Positions 9,450 to 24,800 of a stretch of 64,000 nucleotides of DNA are shown in pieces. Both the position numbers and the translations under genes were made by a program. The DNA comes from Myxococcota bacterium (GTDB taxonomy: Bacteria; Myxococcota_A; UBA9042; PHBI01; JAWLBL01): positions 76,129-140,128 of the forward strand of contig JAWLBL010000025.1 of the NCBI GenBank assembly GCA_041687695.1. Direction: 5' to 3'. The stretch's first letter is position 1; each line of letters opens with the position of its first letter. The notes below the pieces were generated by a model, which was not told where the DNA came from, searched no databases, and saw only the letters and a list, made by a program, of their open reading frames with translations.

Positions 9450-11146
9450 GCGAGGGGCTGAACACGGCGGCCTGGGCCCTGGACCTGGGCACGTCGAACA
9501 CGGCCCTGGCGCGCTGGGACGTCGAGGGGCGTCGCCCGCGCCTGGTCGAGCTGCCCGCCATCTGCCGCGCTCCCGAGGCCGACGACCCGCTGCAGGCGCC
9601 GCGCGTCGTCCCCTCGGCCACCCACGCCGTCCCCGACCCCAGCTTCTGGACGCGCCTGACGCGCGCGCGGCCGTTCCGCGGGCGCCCGTGGGGGCGCGAG
9701 GCCTGGATCGGCCGCGACGCCCTGGAGCGCAACGCCGCCGCGCCCAGCCCGGCCTTCGCCTTGGGCTTCAAGTCGGCGCTGTCGACCTCGCCGCTGCGGA
9801 CCCTGGCCAGGCAGGGCGGCAGGCCGCTGGCCGCCCGCGAGGTGGCGCGCCTGTTCCTGCGCGAGCTGCTGGCCGAGGCGCAGCGGGTCACGGGCGAGCG
9901 GCCGCGGGACATCGCCGTCACGGCGCCCATCGAGTCGTTCGAGGGCTACCGCAACGAGGTGGCGACCCTCCTGCGCGGCCTGGGCGTGCAGCGCGTCCGC
10001 TTTTGCGACGAGCCGGTGGCCGCGGCGCTCGGTTACGGGCTGACGGCGCGCTCGAACCGGCACGTGCTGGTGGTCGACATGGGCGGCGGCACGATGCACG
10101 TCGCGCTGGTCGCCCTGACGGCGCGCGGGCTGCACGAGGGCGCGTGCGACGTGGTGGCCAAGGCGGGCCGCTTCATCGGCGGCGACCGGGTCGACGAGTG
10201 GCTGCTGACCGAGTTCTGCCGGCGGCTGGACTATCCGCTCGAGCGGTTCGGCGCGGGCGACGAGCTGGACTTCTGGCGCCGCATGGTGCTGGGCGAGGCG
10301 CGGCGCGTGAAGGAGGCCGTGTACTTCAGCGGGACCGAGCGCTTCTTCCTGCAGCCTCCCGAAGACCTGCGCCGGTTCGAGGCGCGCCTGCGGGGCGACG
10401 CGCCCGAGCTCGAGGTCGACCGGGCGCTGCTGGCCGAGATCCTGACCGCCAACGGCCTGTACGCCGCGCTGGAGCAGTGCCTGGACGAGGTCGCCGCCGG
10501 GGCGGCGACGCGCGGGCTGACCCTGGACGACGTCGAGGACGTCCTGATGGTCGGTGGGTCGACCCTGCTCCCGGGCGTCTATCCCCTGTTCGAGGAGCGC
10601 TTCGGCCGCGGCCGCGTCCGCGCCTGGCAGCCCTTCGAGGCCGTCGCCTGGGGGGCCGCCGCCTTCGCCGCCGACGCCTGGTCGCAGTCGGACTACATCG
10701 TCCACGACTACGCCTTCGTGACCTACGACGCCACGACGCACGCCCCGCAGTACACCGTCGTCGTGCCGCGCGGCACCCGCGTCCCCAGCGCGCCCGACCT
10801 GTGGAAGCGCAAGCTGGTGCCGACCTGCTCGCTGGGCGTGCCCGAGAGCACCTTCAAGCTGGTGGTCTGCGAGATCGGCCGCGCCGACCAGGGCCGCGGC
10901 CTCGGCTTCGACGCCGCGGGGCAGCTGGTCAAGCTGGGTGAGCGGGGCGAGGCGCTGGTCATCCCGCTCAACGAGGCCAACCCGACGCTGGGCGAGCTGC
11001 GGCCCCCGCACGAGCCCGGCGACCGCGTCCCGCGCCTCGAGATCGCCTTCGGCGTCAACGCCGAGCGGTGGCTGTGCGCCTCCGTGCGCGATCTCCGCAG
11101 CGGCAAGTGGCTGATGGACGGCCAGGCCGTGGTCCGGCTGCTCTGA
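9446..11146 (+). CDS. Hsp70-family (atypical DnaK-like) protein
   Basis: ALDLGTSNT, DEPVAAALGYG, VVDMGGGT, IGGDRVD, MVGGSTLLP; GTG start overlaps upstream TGA (GTGA). Confidence 0.85.
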   Translation: MSEGLNTAAWALDLGTSNTALARWDVEGRRPRLVELPAICRAPEADDPLQAPRVVPSATHAVPDPSFWTRLTRARPFRGRPWGREAWIGRDALERNAAAPSPAFALGFKSALSTSPLRTLARQGGRPLAAREVARLFLRELLAEAQRVTGERPRDIAVTAPIESFEGYRNEVATLLRGLGVQRVRFCDEPVAAALGYGLTARSNRHVLVVDMGGGTMHVALVALTARGLHEGACDVVAKAGRFIGGDRVDEWLLTEFCRRLDYPLERFGAGDELDFWRRMVLGEARRVKEAVYFSGTERFFLQPPEDLRRFEARLRGDAPELEVDRALLAEILTANGLYAALEQCLDEVAAGAATRGLTLDDVEDVLMVGGSTLLPGVYPLFEERFGRGRVRAWQPFEAVAWGAAAFAADAWSQSDYIVHDYAFVTYDATTHAPQYTVVVPRGTRVPSAPDLWKRKLVPTCSLGVPESTFKLVVCEIGRADQGRGLGFDAAGQLVKLGERGEALVIPLNEANPTLGELRPPHEPGDRVPRLEIAFGVNAERWLCASVRDLRSGKWLMDGQAVVRLL

Positions 11147-11207
11147 CGGTCCCTCTGACGGTCACGGCCGCTGGGCAGGCGCGCCCGGCGTGCTAGGCTG
11201 CCGCCCC

Positions 11208-12719
11208 ATGAACGCACGCGACACGCAGATCCTCGTCATCGGCGCCGGCTTCGGCGGGCTGGGGCTGGCCATCCGCTTGAAGCGGGCCGGCCTCGACGAC
11301 TTCCTGGTCCTCGACAAGGAGGACGGCGTCGGCGGGACCTGGCGCGTCAACACCTACCCGGGCGCGGCCTGCGACGTCGAGTCGCACCTGTACTCGTTCT
11401 CGTTCGAGCCGAACCCCGCGTGGTCGCGCAAGTTCGCGCCCCAGGCCGAGATCCTGGCCTACCTCGAGCGCTGCGCCGACAAGTACGGCGTGCGGCCCCA
11501 CCTGCAGCTCGAGGTAGAGGTCACGGGCGCCGTCTGGGACGAGGGCGAGCAGCGCTGGACCGTCTCGACCGCCGACGGCCGGCGCTATCGCGCGCCCGTC
11601 CTGGTCTCGGCCGCCGGCGGGCTCAGCCGCCCCTGCTGGCCGGACCTCCCGGGTCTGTCGGACTTCCAGGGCGACCTCTTCCACTCGGCCCGCTGGAATT
11701 CCGACGCGCAGCTCGACGGCCGGCGCGTCGCGGTGGTCGGCACCGGCGCCAGCGCCATCCAGATCGTCCCCGAGCTGGTCGGCCGCGTCGCCCACCTGGA
11801 CCTGTACCAGCGCACGCCGCCCTGGATCATGCCCAAGCCCGACCGGGCCATCGCGCCGCTGACCCAGGCCGCCTTCCGCCGCCTGCCCGCGCTGCAATAC
11901 GCCGCGCGCCTGGCCCAGTACGTCACCCTCGAGTCGCGCGCGGTCGCCTTCGTGCTGGCCCCGCAGCTCCTGGCCCTGGCCTCCCTCGCCGCGCGCCGCC
12001 ACCTGGCGCGCAGCGTCCCCGACCCGGCCCTGCGCGCGAAGCTGACCCCCGACTACACGATGGGCTGCAAGCGCGTCCTCATCTCGAACGACTACTACGC
12101 CGCCGTGCAGCACCCCTCGGTCGCGCTGGTCACAGACGGCATCGAGCGCGTCACCGCCGACGCGGTCGTCAGCCGCGACGGGCAGTCCCGCCCCACCGAC
12201 GCGCTGATCCTGTGCACCGGCTTCAAGGCGGCCGAGGACGCCGCCCCGTTCCCCGTCATCGGCCGCGGCGGGCGCGCGCTGGCCGCCGAGTGGCACGAGG
12301 GCGCCGAAGCCTACCTGGGGACGACGGTCGCCGGGTTCCCGAACCTGTTCCTGCTGGTCGGCCCCAACACGGGCCTCGGCCACAACTCGATGGTCTACAT
12401 GATCGAGTCGCAGGTGGCGTACGTGATGGACGCGCTGGCCACCATGCGCCGCGAGGGCCTGTCGGCCCTCGAGGTCCGCCGCGACGTGCAGGACCGCTAC
12501 AACGCGCGCGTGCAGCGCCGCATGGCGCGCACCGTGTGGGCCAGCGGCTGCAAGAGCTGGTACCAGACCGCGTCGGGCCGCAACACGACCCTGTGGCCCG
12601 GCTTCACCTTCGAGTTCCGCGCCCGCACGCGCCGCTTCGACCCGGCGGCCTACCTGACCACGGCGCGCCCGGCCGTCCGTCCTGTCTCAGCGCGCCAGGC
12701 GACCGCCGCCGCGCGGTGA
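11208..12719 (+). CDS. Flavin-containing monooxygenase (Baeyer-Villiger type)
   Basis: GAGFGG FAD motif, GGTWRVNTYPGAACD, fingerprint FQGDLFHSARW, GTGASAIQ NADP motif. Confidence 0.9.
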   Translation: MNARDTQILVIGAGFGGLGLAIRLKRAGLDDFLVLDKEDGVGGTWRVNTYPGAACDVESHLYSFSFEPNPAWSRKFAPQAEILAYLERCADKYGVRPHLQLEVEVTGAVWDEGEQRWTVSTADGRRYRAPVLVSAAGGLSRPCWPDLPGLSDFQGDLFHSARWNSDAQLDGRRVAVVGTGASAIQIVPELVGRVAHLDLYQRTPPWIMPKPDRAIAPLTQAAFRRLPALQYAARLAQYVTLESRAVAFVLAPQLLALASLAARRHLARSVPDPALRAKLTPDYTMGCKRVLISNDYYAAVQHPSVALVTDGIERVTADAVVSRDGQSRPTDALILCTGFKAAEDAAPFPVIGRGGRALAAEWHEGAEAYLGTTVAGFPNLFLLVGPNTGLGHNSMVYMIESQVAYVMDALATMRREGLSALEVRRDVQDRYNARVQRRMARTVWASGCKSWYQTASGRNTTLWPGFTFEFRARTRRFDPAAYLTTARPAVRPVSARQATAAAR

Positions 12720-12745
12720 TCCAAGGGCGCGGCTGGGCGCCCGGG

Positions 12746-15700
12746 TCACGGCGCAGGCTTTCGGGCCTCGAGCTGCGCGAGCCGGCGGATGTGCCCGATC
12801 TGCTCGTAGAGTGACACGGCCTGCTCCCACAGGGCCGGGGCGGTGTCGTCGCCGCGGCGGGCGCGCACGTCTGCGAGGGCGGCGGCGGCCTGGGCCAGCA
12901 GCAGGCCGCTGCCGTCGCGGCCCGCCAGCAGGCGGTGGGCTTGGGTGAGGCGCGCGTCGGCCACCTCGAGGAGATCGGCGGCGGCGGCGGCCTCGCCGGT
13001 GATGACCAGGGCGAAGGTGCGATCGTGGGTCAGCGGCAGCTCGTCGCTGGCGTCGAGGGCGCGCTCGCCCCACTCGAGCGCGGCGTCGTGCTGGCCGCGC
13101 AGCGACGCGATCTCGGTCAGGGCCAGCAGGGACCGGGCGGTGCCGCGCTGATCGCCGATGGTGCCCGACAGCGCGAGGGTCTGGTGGGCCAGCACCTCGG
13201 CCTCGTCGAAGCGGCTCGCGGCGGCGAGGGCGCGCGCGCGCAGCCGCAGGGCGAGGTTCCGGCACCGCGCGAGGCCCACGCGCTCGTACCGCTCGAGCGC
13301 GTCGTCGCAGGCCAGGGCCGCCCGCTCGTCGATGCCCAGGGCGAGCAGAGCCGCGCCCTCGACCACCCTGGCGCGGGCGCGGCTGAGGTCGTCGATCGGC
13401 GCCGGGGCTCCCTCGAGCAGCTTCAACGCGCCGCGAGGCGAGCCGGCGTGCAGGACCGTGTTCGCCAGGTGCGCCAGCGCCTCCCACGCCAGCTCCGGCA
13501 GGTCGTGTTCGGCGCCGACCAGGCGGGCCTGCTCGAAGCACTGGCTGGCCCGCGCGGTCTCGCCGCAGCGCCACAGCACGCGGCCCAGCTTGACCGCCAC
13601 CCGCGCCGCCTGCGCCTGGTCGGCGCCGTCCATCCAGGCGTTGAGGGCCTCCTCGAACAGGTGCACGGCCCCCCGGTCGTCGGCGCCGGCCTCGCGGAGG
13701 TCCCCCATCAGCTCGAGCCGCGGGGCCTCGTCGGGCAGCCGCTCGACCCAGGGCGCAGCCACGACGTGGCGCCCGCCCGCGATGAGCATCGTCGCCAGCC
13801 CGCGCCAGATCGTCGCCGCCGTCATGGGCGTGTCCTCGGCGTCGACCAGGGTCGCCGCGCGCTGCCAGGCGGCGAGCGCCTCGCCGAAGACCTTCCGGCG
13901 CTCGGCGTCGCGCGCCGCCTCGACGAACTGGTAGACCGCCTGGCCGCGCTCGCCGGCCTCGGCCAGGTGCGCGCCGATGAGCGGGCCCCAGCGCCCGCGG
14001 TGGTCGCGATAGATGGCCGCCAGGCTCTGGGCGGCCAGCGAGAAGAGCCTGCGCCGATCGGGGCCCTCGGGGATGGCCGCCAGCAGCGCCTCGCGCCAGG
14101 CCTCGTTGCGCAAGTGCAGAAAGCGCGCCCCGCCGGTCCGTTGGTCGTCGCGGATCCAGCCGGTCGTCACGAGGAGCGCGAGGTCGAGATCGAGCGGCTC
14201 CACCGCGTCGGGCCGCCCCTCGCGCCGCAGCAACGTGCGCAGCAGCCGATGCGGGACCCGCGGCCCCAGCAGCGCCAGGCGCAGCAGGATGCCGTGGGCG
14301 CTCTCGCCGCCGGGCTCGATGGCGCGCAGGCTGGCCAGCCGGCGGCCCAGGATCTCTCGCTCGAAGGGTGGCAGGATCTGCGCGCGCAGCGTCCATCCGG
14401 TGGGCGTCTCGACGATGTCGCCGCGGGACACGCGCTCGCGCAGCAGCTCGAGCGCGCGCAGCGGGCTGCCCGCCGCCGACTGCACGACGTGCTCGACCAG
14501 CGGCGCGTCGGCCCCGGGCAGGGCGCTGAGGACCAGGAGCCGCATGTCCGTGTCCTGGAGCGCCAGCAGCCCCAGGGCGCGGAAGCCTTCGCCGAGGAGC
14601 CGCTGGGCCTCGACGAGCGCCGGGTCGGTGGAAGCCGGCCCCGGCTGGCGCTGCAGCACGAGCACGAGCAGCGCCGGCTTGCCCAGGGTCGCCAGCTGAC
14701 GCGCCAACGCCCCCAGCAGCTCGGGCGGCAAGGGCCGCTCGCCGTCCACGTCGTCCGCGATGAGCACCGGCGGGCCCCGGTTGGCCGCGGTCGCGATGGC
14801 CCGCGCGGCGGCCTGCAGGCGCCCCGGGCTCGCGTCGGGGCCCCCCGCGGCAGCGCCCAACCCCAGCGCGGCCGCCAGCTCGACCAGCTCGGGCGCCTCG
14901 CGCACGTCCAGCACCCGCATCCCACGCTGCCGCGCCTCGCCCTTGACGAAGTCGGCCAGGCGCGACTTGCCCAGCCCGCGCTCGCCCTCGATCCAGAGCA
15001 GGCGCCCGGACTCGAGGTTCAGCGCGTCGTCCAACATCCGAATGGCCGCGGCCTTCTGCGGCGCCCGCCCCGTGAACCCGGGGGGCGCCAGCTCGGGGCC
15101 GGTCCGCGTCGTCGTCGCCGCCCTGGGCGGCGCAGCGCGCAGCTGCTGCTCGAGGGCGCGCAGGCGCTCGGCGACCTCGGCCGCGTCGCCGGGGCGATCG
15201 GTGGGGTTCTTGGCGAGCAGGCTCAGGCACAGGGCGTCGACCGAAGCGGGCAGACCGGGCTCGAGGCGGCGTGCGCTGGGCGGCTCGGGCGGGTGGTCGA
15301 GGTGGCCCCGCACGACCTGGGCCGCGGGCTCGGTGCCGAAGGGTGGGGCGCCGGTCAGGGCTTCGTACAGCACGGCCCCCAGGGCATACAGATCGGCGGC
15401 GGACCCCAGGCGGCGGCCGCGCAGCTGCTCGGGGCTGGCCCAGGGGGCGCCGCCGCGGGTGCGATCGCGCTGCGGGTCGGCGTCGAGGGCCAGCGCGAAG
15501 CCGATGAGACGCACGCGGGCGGGATCGAACTCGGCGCCAGGGGCCAGGATGTTGGTGGGCCGCAGCTCGCCGTGGACCAGGCCGGCGCGGTGGATGTCGG
15601 CCAGCGCGTCGGCCAGGTGGGCGGCGATGGCCAGGGCGTCGGCGGCGCGCAGGCCCTCGGCCCGCAGGTGGTCCGCGAGGCGGCGGCCGACGGGCCGCTC

Positions 15701-16102
15701 GGTGGCGCGGTAGCAGGTGCCGTCCGGGCAGGTGCCCCAGGCGATGACCGAGAGGACGGCGGGGTGGGTGATGGCGCCCCAGGCGCGGGCCTCGCGCAGG
15801 AAGGGGGTGGCCTGCGAGGGGGCGAGGGCGTCCGTGGCGGGCTGCACCAGCTCGATCAGCACGTCCGCGTCCTCGGGGTGCCGTCGGGCCGTGTAGACGA
15901 GGCCGACCCGGCCGCGGCCGAGCGGGGCGAGCAGGGTGAAGCGCTCGTCGACGAGCGCGCCGGGGAGGAGCTCGGGGGGCAGGTGCCACACGGGCTGGGT
16001 GTGCACCGGGCAGCGGCGCGCGCTCGCGGCCGTGGCCGGCGTCTTGACCGGCGGCGGCCCGCCACAGCTCGTACAGTAGGGGACCAGGGAACGGTCGCGC
16101 AT
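12746..16102 (-). CDS. Ser/Thr kinase-like (probable pseudokinase) + P-loop ATPase + TPR protein
   Basis: N-terminal CTSC..CPVH knuckle; kinase fold (LGRGRVG, SPEQL, ADLYALG, LTGAPPF); Walker A GERGLGKS, Walker B LIADD; C-terminal TPR-like helices; start uncertain. Confidence 0.8.
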   Translation of the reverse strand: MRDRSLVPYCTSCGGPPPVKTPATAASARRCPVHTQPVWHLPPELLPGALVDERFTLLAPLGRGRVGLVYTARRHPEDADVLIELVQPATDALAPSQATPFLREARAWGAITHPAVLSVIAWGTCPDGTCYRATERPVGRRLADHLRAEGLRAADALAIAAHLADALADIHRAGLVHGELRPTNILAPGAEFDPARVRLIGFALALDADPQRDRTRGGAPWASPEQLRGRRLGSAADLYALGAVLYEALTGAPPFGTEPAAQVVRGHLDHPPEPPSARRLEPGLPASVDALCLSLLAKNPTDRPGDAAEVAERLRALEQQLRAAPPRAATTTRTGPELAPPGFTGRAPQKAAAIRMLDDALNLESGRLLWIEGERGLGKSRLADFVKGEARQRGMRVLDVREAPELVELAAALGLGAAAGGPDASPGRLQAAARAIATAANRGPPVLIADDVDGERPLPPELLGALARQLATLGKPALLVLVLQRQPGPASTDPALVEAQRLLGEGFRALGLLALQDTDMRLLVLSALPGADAPLVEHVVQSAAGSPLRALELLRERVSRGDIVETPTGWTLRAQILPPFEREILGRRLASLRAIEPGGESAHGILLRLALLGPRVPHRLLRTLLRREGRPDAVEPLDLDLALLVTTGWIRDDQRTGGARFLHLRNEAWREALLAAIPEGPDRRRLFSLAAQSLAAIYRDHRGRWGPLIGAHLAEAGERGQAVYQFVEAARDAERRKVFGEALAAWQRAATLVDAEDTPMTAATIWRGLATMLIAGGRHVVAAPWVERLPDEAPRLELMGDLREAGADDRGAVHLFEEALNAWMDGADQAQAARVAVKLGRVLWRCGETARASQCFEQARLVGAEHDLPELAWEALAHLANTVLHAGSPRGALKLLEGAPAPIDDLSRARARVVEGAALLALGIDERAALACDDALERYERVGLARCRNLALRLRARALAAASRFDEAEVLAHQTLALSGTIGDQRGTARSLLALTEIASLRGQHDAALEWGERALDASDELPLTHDRTFALVITGEAAAAADLLEVADARLTQAHRLLAGRDGSGLLLAQAAAALADVRARRGDDTAPALWEQAVSLYEQIGHIRRLAQLEARKPAP

Positions 16103-16258
16103 CGCGCGGGACCTGCCGTCGAAGGGTGGGCCGGCCACGCCCCCCCGCGGGGCGCGACCTCGCGAACGCATCCGTTCGCGTGTGCGGGGACCGACCGGAT
16201 CTCCGGAGGGTCACTCCCCTCTAGAACACGAGCGTCGTCGCTCCGGCAAGCCCCATGG

Positions 16259-16996
16259 TTACAGTCGCATGGCCCGGACGAGCAGCCGGGGACAGCCGTC
16301 GCGCACCGGGCCGCCTCCGTAGTCGCCGAGCAGCGCGTCGGCGACGAAGCCGGCCGCCTCGAGCATCCACTCGACCTCGGCGGGGAAGACGAGGCGCAGG
16401 GTCAGCGGCGACGTGGCGACGAGCGCGTCGTCGAGGTAGTAGCGGTCCAGGAACTCGATGCGCTGCTCGGCCGGGAACCGGCGCGTCTCGCGGGTGCGGC
16501 GGGCTTCGCGCTCGCCGAGCTGCCCCTGCCAGCTGGTGCGCTCGGGGCTGTGGCGCACGCCGAGCAGGGCGAAGTCGGGCATCGGCAGGTCGAGGGTCAG
16601 CAGGCCGCCGGGGTGCAGGGCGCGGTGGCAGGCGGCGAGGCACCGCTGCTGGTCGACCCGCCTGGGCAGGAAGTTGAAGGCGGCGTTGGGGACGACGATC
16701 TCGGCGAAGGGGCCGCCGACGCGGGCCACGTCGAAGTCGCGCATGTCCCCTTGCACGTATCGGGCCTGGGGCGCGCGCTCGCGGGCGATGGCGAGCATCG
16801 CCTCGGATCGGTCGAGGCCGACGACCCCGCGCGAGGCGCCGAGGACGCGGCCGACGCGGCCGGTGCCGCAGCCGAGGACCAGCAGCCGCCCGGCGACACC
16901 GCGCCGGGCGAAGAAGGCGACGTCGGCCTCGAGGCGGCCGTACTCGGCTTCGTAGAAGTCGGCGATGAGGGCGTAGGGGTCGAGCTCGTCAGTCAA
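16259..16996 (-). CDS. Class I SAM-dependent methyltransferase
   Basis: LVLGCGTGR motif I, GLDRSEAML, QGDMRDF, LHPGGLL; TTG start 3 nt after the upstream stop. Confidence 0.85.
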   Translation of the reverse strand: MTDELDPYALIADFYEAEYGRLEADVAFFARRGVAGRLLVLGCGTGRVGRVLGASRGVVGLDRSEAMLAIARERAPQARYVQGDMRDFDVARVGGPFAEIVVPNAAFNFLPRRVDQQRCLAACHRALHPGGLLTLDLPMPDFALLGVRHSPERTSWQGQLGEREARRTRETRRFPAEQRIEFLDRYYLDDALVATSPLTLRLVFPAEVEWMLEAAGFVADALLGDYGGGPVRDGCPRLLVRAMRL

Positions 16997-16999
16997 GCG

Positions 17000-21871
<4,872 letters not shown>

Positions 21872-21882
21872 GTGCGCCTCGC

Positions 21883-24800
21883 TCAGTCGATGCAGTACAG
21901 GGTGCCGGCGTCGTCCCCGAAGACGACGTAACCCGGCCCGATGGCCGCCGCGCCGTCCACGGCGGCGCCGGTCGTGAAGGTCCACAGCGTCGAGCCGGAC
22001 TGGGTGAACGCGTGGAAGCGGCTGTTGCCCGCGCCGACGTAGACGTCCCCGTTGGTGTCGAAGACCGGCGAGGCGCCCGGGGCCGAGGGCTTGCTGACGC
22101 TGGCGGTCCAGCTGGTGCCCAGCGCCGAGGTGAAGCGGCGCAGGCCGGTGCCGCCCTGCGGCGACACGAACACGAAGTCCTGGGGGTTGCAGCACTGGAA
22201 GCCGGTGTTGTGGATGGCCAGGTTCGAGTGGTTGGTCGAGCCGGTGCCGACGGTGGCGACCTGCACGGCCTGCGCGCCGGCGTCGTTGATGGCGTACAGG
22301 GTCGAGCCGAAGGTCTGGTAGAGCGTCCCGGTCTGCGAGACGACCACCGAGCCGCCGGCGGACTGGCCCGAGACCGCGAAGGTCCACAGGACGGCGCCGT
22401 TCTTGTCGACGGCGTAGACCTTGTGGTCGGCGGCGGCGAAGTAGACGCGGCCGCTCGGGCCCAGGGCCAGCTCGGCGTGCTTGGTCTTGCTGTTGGGGAC
22501 GGGGGTCGACCAGGCGACGACGCCGTCGGGGCCGACCCGGTGCAGGGCGGCGTTGGTGACGACGTAGGTGTTGCCGACCGCGTCGACCAGCGGGCTCGCG
22601 ACGATGACGTCGTCGTCGGCGCCGGGCAGCGGGGTCGCCCAGATGGTGCTGAGATCGGGCCGCACCATCAGCAGCTCGCGCCCGGCGGGGACCAGCATCG
22701 TGCCGCCGGCGCGGACGCTGGGGCTGGCGCGTTTGAACGCTGGCGCGGGCAGGTCGCGCTCGTACAGGGTCGCGCCGTTCGAGGCCTGCAGGCGGAAGAG
22801 CTTGCTGCCGGCCAGGGCGACGATGCTGCCGTCGTCCAGGATGACGGGCGAGCCCTCGAGCTCGGCGCCCGCGACCAGCGTCTTCTTCCAGCGCAGCCCC
22901 GAGCCGCTCGAGGTCGGCGCCGACACCAGCATCGAGTGGCCGATGCGGCGCGCGTCGAACAGGTAGGTCGGCCAGCCGGTGGTCGACAGCCCGCAGCCCT
23001 CGTCGACCACGCCGTCGCAGTCGTCGTCGATGGCGTTGCAGGTCTCGCTCGCGTCGGGGCGGACCGCCGCCGCGTCGTCGTCGCAGTCGCCCCCGCGGCT
23101 CGCCGTGTGGTCGCCCTCGGAGGCGCACAGGCACAGGGCCGAGCCGTCGTCGCCCCAGGTGTCGCCGTCGACGTCCTCGTACAGGGTGACGCAGCCCTCC
23201 ACGCCGACGCCGTCGGTCTGCCCGTCGCAGTCGTCGTCGACGCCGTTGCAGGCCTCGACCTCGTCCGGGTTGCGCGCCGGGTTCGCGTCGTCGCAGTCGC
23301 CGGCCTCGGCCGCCGTGTAGGCCGCCAGCGGGCTGCACAGGCACAGCGACGCTCCGGCCACGCCGAACCCGTCCCCGTCGCCGTCGAGGAAGTAGGTCGC
23401 GCACCCGGCCGCGTCGGTCTCGTCCACGAAGCCGTCGCAGTCGTCGTCGACGCCGTTGCACACCTCGGCGACGCCCGGGTGGCGCTGCGCGTCCTCGTCG
23501 TCGCAGTCGCCGCCCACGCCCACCTGGTAGGGCGGCGCCAGGGCGCACAGGCACTGGCCCGACCCGGTGACCCCGTAGCCGTCCCCGTCCCCGTCGACCA
23601 GGTACTCCACGCACCCGCCCGCCCCCTCGGGGTCCGTCAGCCCGTCGCAGTCGTCGTCGACCCCGTTGCAGGTCTCGGCCGCGCCCGGGTTCACGGCCGC
23701 CACCAGGTCGTCGCAGTCGCCGCCGATGAAGGCCCCGTAGCCGTCGCCCGGCGCGCACAGGCAGCGGGTGTCGCCCGCCACGCCGAACGTATCGCCGTCC
23801 TGGTCCAGCATGTACGGGTAGCACCCGACCGCGTCCGCCTCGTCGACCGCACCGTCGCAGTCGTCGTCCTGGCCGTTGCACTGCTCGGTCGCCTTCGGGT
23901 TGAACGCCGCCTGCAGGTCGTCGCAGTCGCCCCCCTGCGTGGCCGTGAACGTCCCCTTGGGCGCGCACAGGCACTGGGCCTCGTCGGTCCGGCCGAAGGT
24001 GTCGCCGTCGGTGTCGCGGTAGTAGACCGTGCAGCCCTCGATGTCCGGGTCGTCGGCGACGCCGTTGCAGTCGTTGTCCAGCCCGTCGCAGACCTCCTCG
24101 GCCCCGGGCGAGATCTGCGGCGCCAGGTCGTCGCAGTCGCCGCCCACCGTCGCGACGTAGGGCGGCGCCGGCTCGCACAGGCAGCGCACGTCCGATGCGA
24201 CCCCGAACCCGTCGCCGTCGGTGTCGCGGAAGTAGTCCGTGCACCCCTGGGCCCCGGCCTCGTCGGTCGCCCCGTCGCAGTCGTCGTCCAGCCCGTTGCA
24301 CACCTCGGCCGCGCCCGGCCACGCCCCGGCCTCGTCGTCGTTGCAGTCGCCGCCCTGCTGCGTCGTCCACGGCGCGGCGGCCCCGCACAGGCACTGGTAG
24401 TCGGCCTGCACCCCGAAGCCGTCCCCGTCGCCGTCGCGGAACCACAGCGCGCACCCGACCGCGCCCACGTCGCCCGGGTCGCCGTTACAGTTGCGGTCCA
24501 CGTCGTCGCACTGCTCCTCGGCCAGCGGGTGCACGTCCTTGTCGCCGTCGTCGCAGTCGCCGCCCTTGACGGCGACGTACGGCCCCTCGGGCTTGCACAG
24601 ACACTGGCTGTCGCCCGTGACGCCCCAGCCGTCGCCGTCCGCGTCCCGATAGAACGGCGAGCACGCGAGATCCACCGCCTCGTCCGCCTCGCCGTCGCAG
24701 TCGTCGTCGATCTGGTTGCAGACCTCGGCCGCGTCCGGGTGGACCAGCGGGTTCTTGTCGTCGCAGTCCAACGCGGCCGCGTCGGCCACGGCCACCGTGA

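Noticed and set aside
21872..24454. N-terminal extension making the 17000-24454 ORF 2484 aa
   Set aside because: Arg/Gly-rich out-of-frame reading of the upstream paralogue; the real protein begins at the signal peptide at 21871
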